A DNA stretch of 7,204 nt. Source: Takakia lepidozioides (Eukaryota > Plantae > Bryophyta). This document shows positions 6,677 to 7,204 of this stretch, in pieces (the first letter of the stretch is position 1; each line of letters opens with the position of its first letter). The notes beneath the pieces were generated by a model, which was not told the origin of the DNA, made no database searches, and saw only the letters and a list, made by a program, of their open reading frames with translations. The translations under genes and the position numbers were made by a program. The stretch lies in NCBI GenBank assembly GCA_030704615.1, contig JAKLZA010000259.1:1-7204 (forward strand). Direction: 5' to 3'.

Positions 6677-7204
6677 CTAAAACTCGCAAATACAGCGATT
6701 AGAAGAAGTGAGAATCCCAGTAAAGTAGAGCAGATTTTGGAGAGGGCTAGGTGAGGACAGAAGGATAATGAGGAAGAGTTGGCAGCAGCTCAGACAGGTA
6801 AAACGGGTACGAAAGTACATATGTGATTCAGCGTATGAGAGCGACGCAGACAGGGAGGAAGACGACCCAACGGAGGTGAGATGGACAGTTCCGCAAGGGA
6901 AGATGGGATTTTCGAAAGCCTGGCCAACGAGCAGTCCGCTGGAGATGAATAAGGCACTGAGGGGGTGGAGGCGAGCAGGACAGTCTAGAACAGGATGAGG
7001 ATTCGGATGATTTTTCAAGATTAATAGATTAATGAACTCTCTGTAAATGTAAATTCTCTTCCAGGTATATAAAGGAAATTCTGCCCAGACATTCGTGACC
7101 CTCTCCAGTGTGCATTCCAGCCACAACAATCGCCAAAACCGACGCTCCCAAATCAGAAATGGTGCGCGCATTTCCAAAATTTTGGCAACTCTAAGAACCT
7201 CTTT
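6677..7204 (-). CDS. Possible 3' part of a convergent gene, unknown product
   Basis: The minus frame is open from the window edge (KEVLRVAKILEMRAPF...) to a stop at 6677. No recognisable motif. Confidence 0.25.
   Translation of the reverse strand, partial: KEVLRVAKILEMRAPFLIWERRFWRLLWLECTLERVTNVWAEFPLYTWKRIYIYREFINLLILKNHPNPHPVLDCPARLHPLSALFISSGLLVGQAFENPIFPCGTVHLTSVGSSSSLSASLSYAESHMYFRTRFTCLSCCQLFLIILLSSPSPLQNLLYFTGILTSSNRCICEF
7156..7175. repeat. Possible degenerate palindrome copy
   Basis: GAAATG-GTGCGCG-CATTTCC. The arms match the consensus but the centre is 7 nt rather than 8. Confidence 0.45.

Overview
Eukaryotic-looking DNA (GT-AG introns) holding a two-part locus. (1) 479-2190 is an array of about 31 copies of a 26-bp palindrome (consensus ACGGAAATGCGG-YR-CCGCATTTCCGT) with a 53-bp period. 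Its ~27-bp spacers fall into five recurring classes, giving a ~264-bp higher-order repeat, so it is CRISPR-like in geometry but not a CRISPR. (2) Downstream on the + strand (~2613-6649) is one large gene with 6-7 introns and many single-base frameshifts, which the ORF track breaks into fragments. Reassembled by hand, it encodes an N-terminal ParB/Srx-like domain (VWDGNHRLLAW), an unassigned middle region, an acidic linker and a C-terminal beta-class amino (N6A/N4C) DNA methyltransferase fold (DMIILDIPDG ... VLDDRG ... VLDLICGTG). Single copies of the same palindrome lie in introns 1, 4 and 5, about 1.2 kb apart. Working hypothesis (inference): a ParB/parS-like or self-marking system, with a ParB-MTase protein plus its cognate binding-site array, probably on a large mobile element. 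Both window ends contain only weakly supported minus-strand coding fragments.
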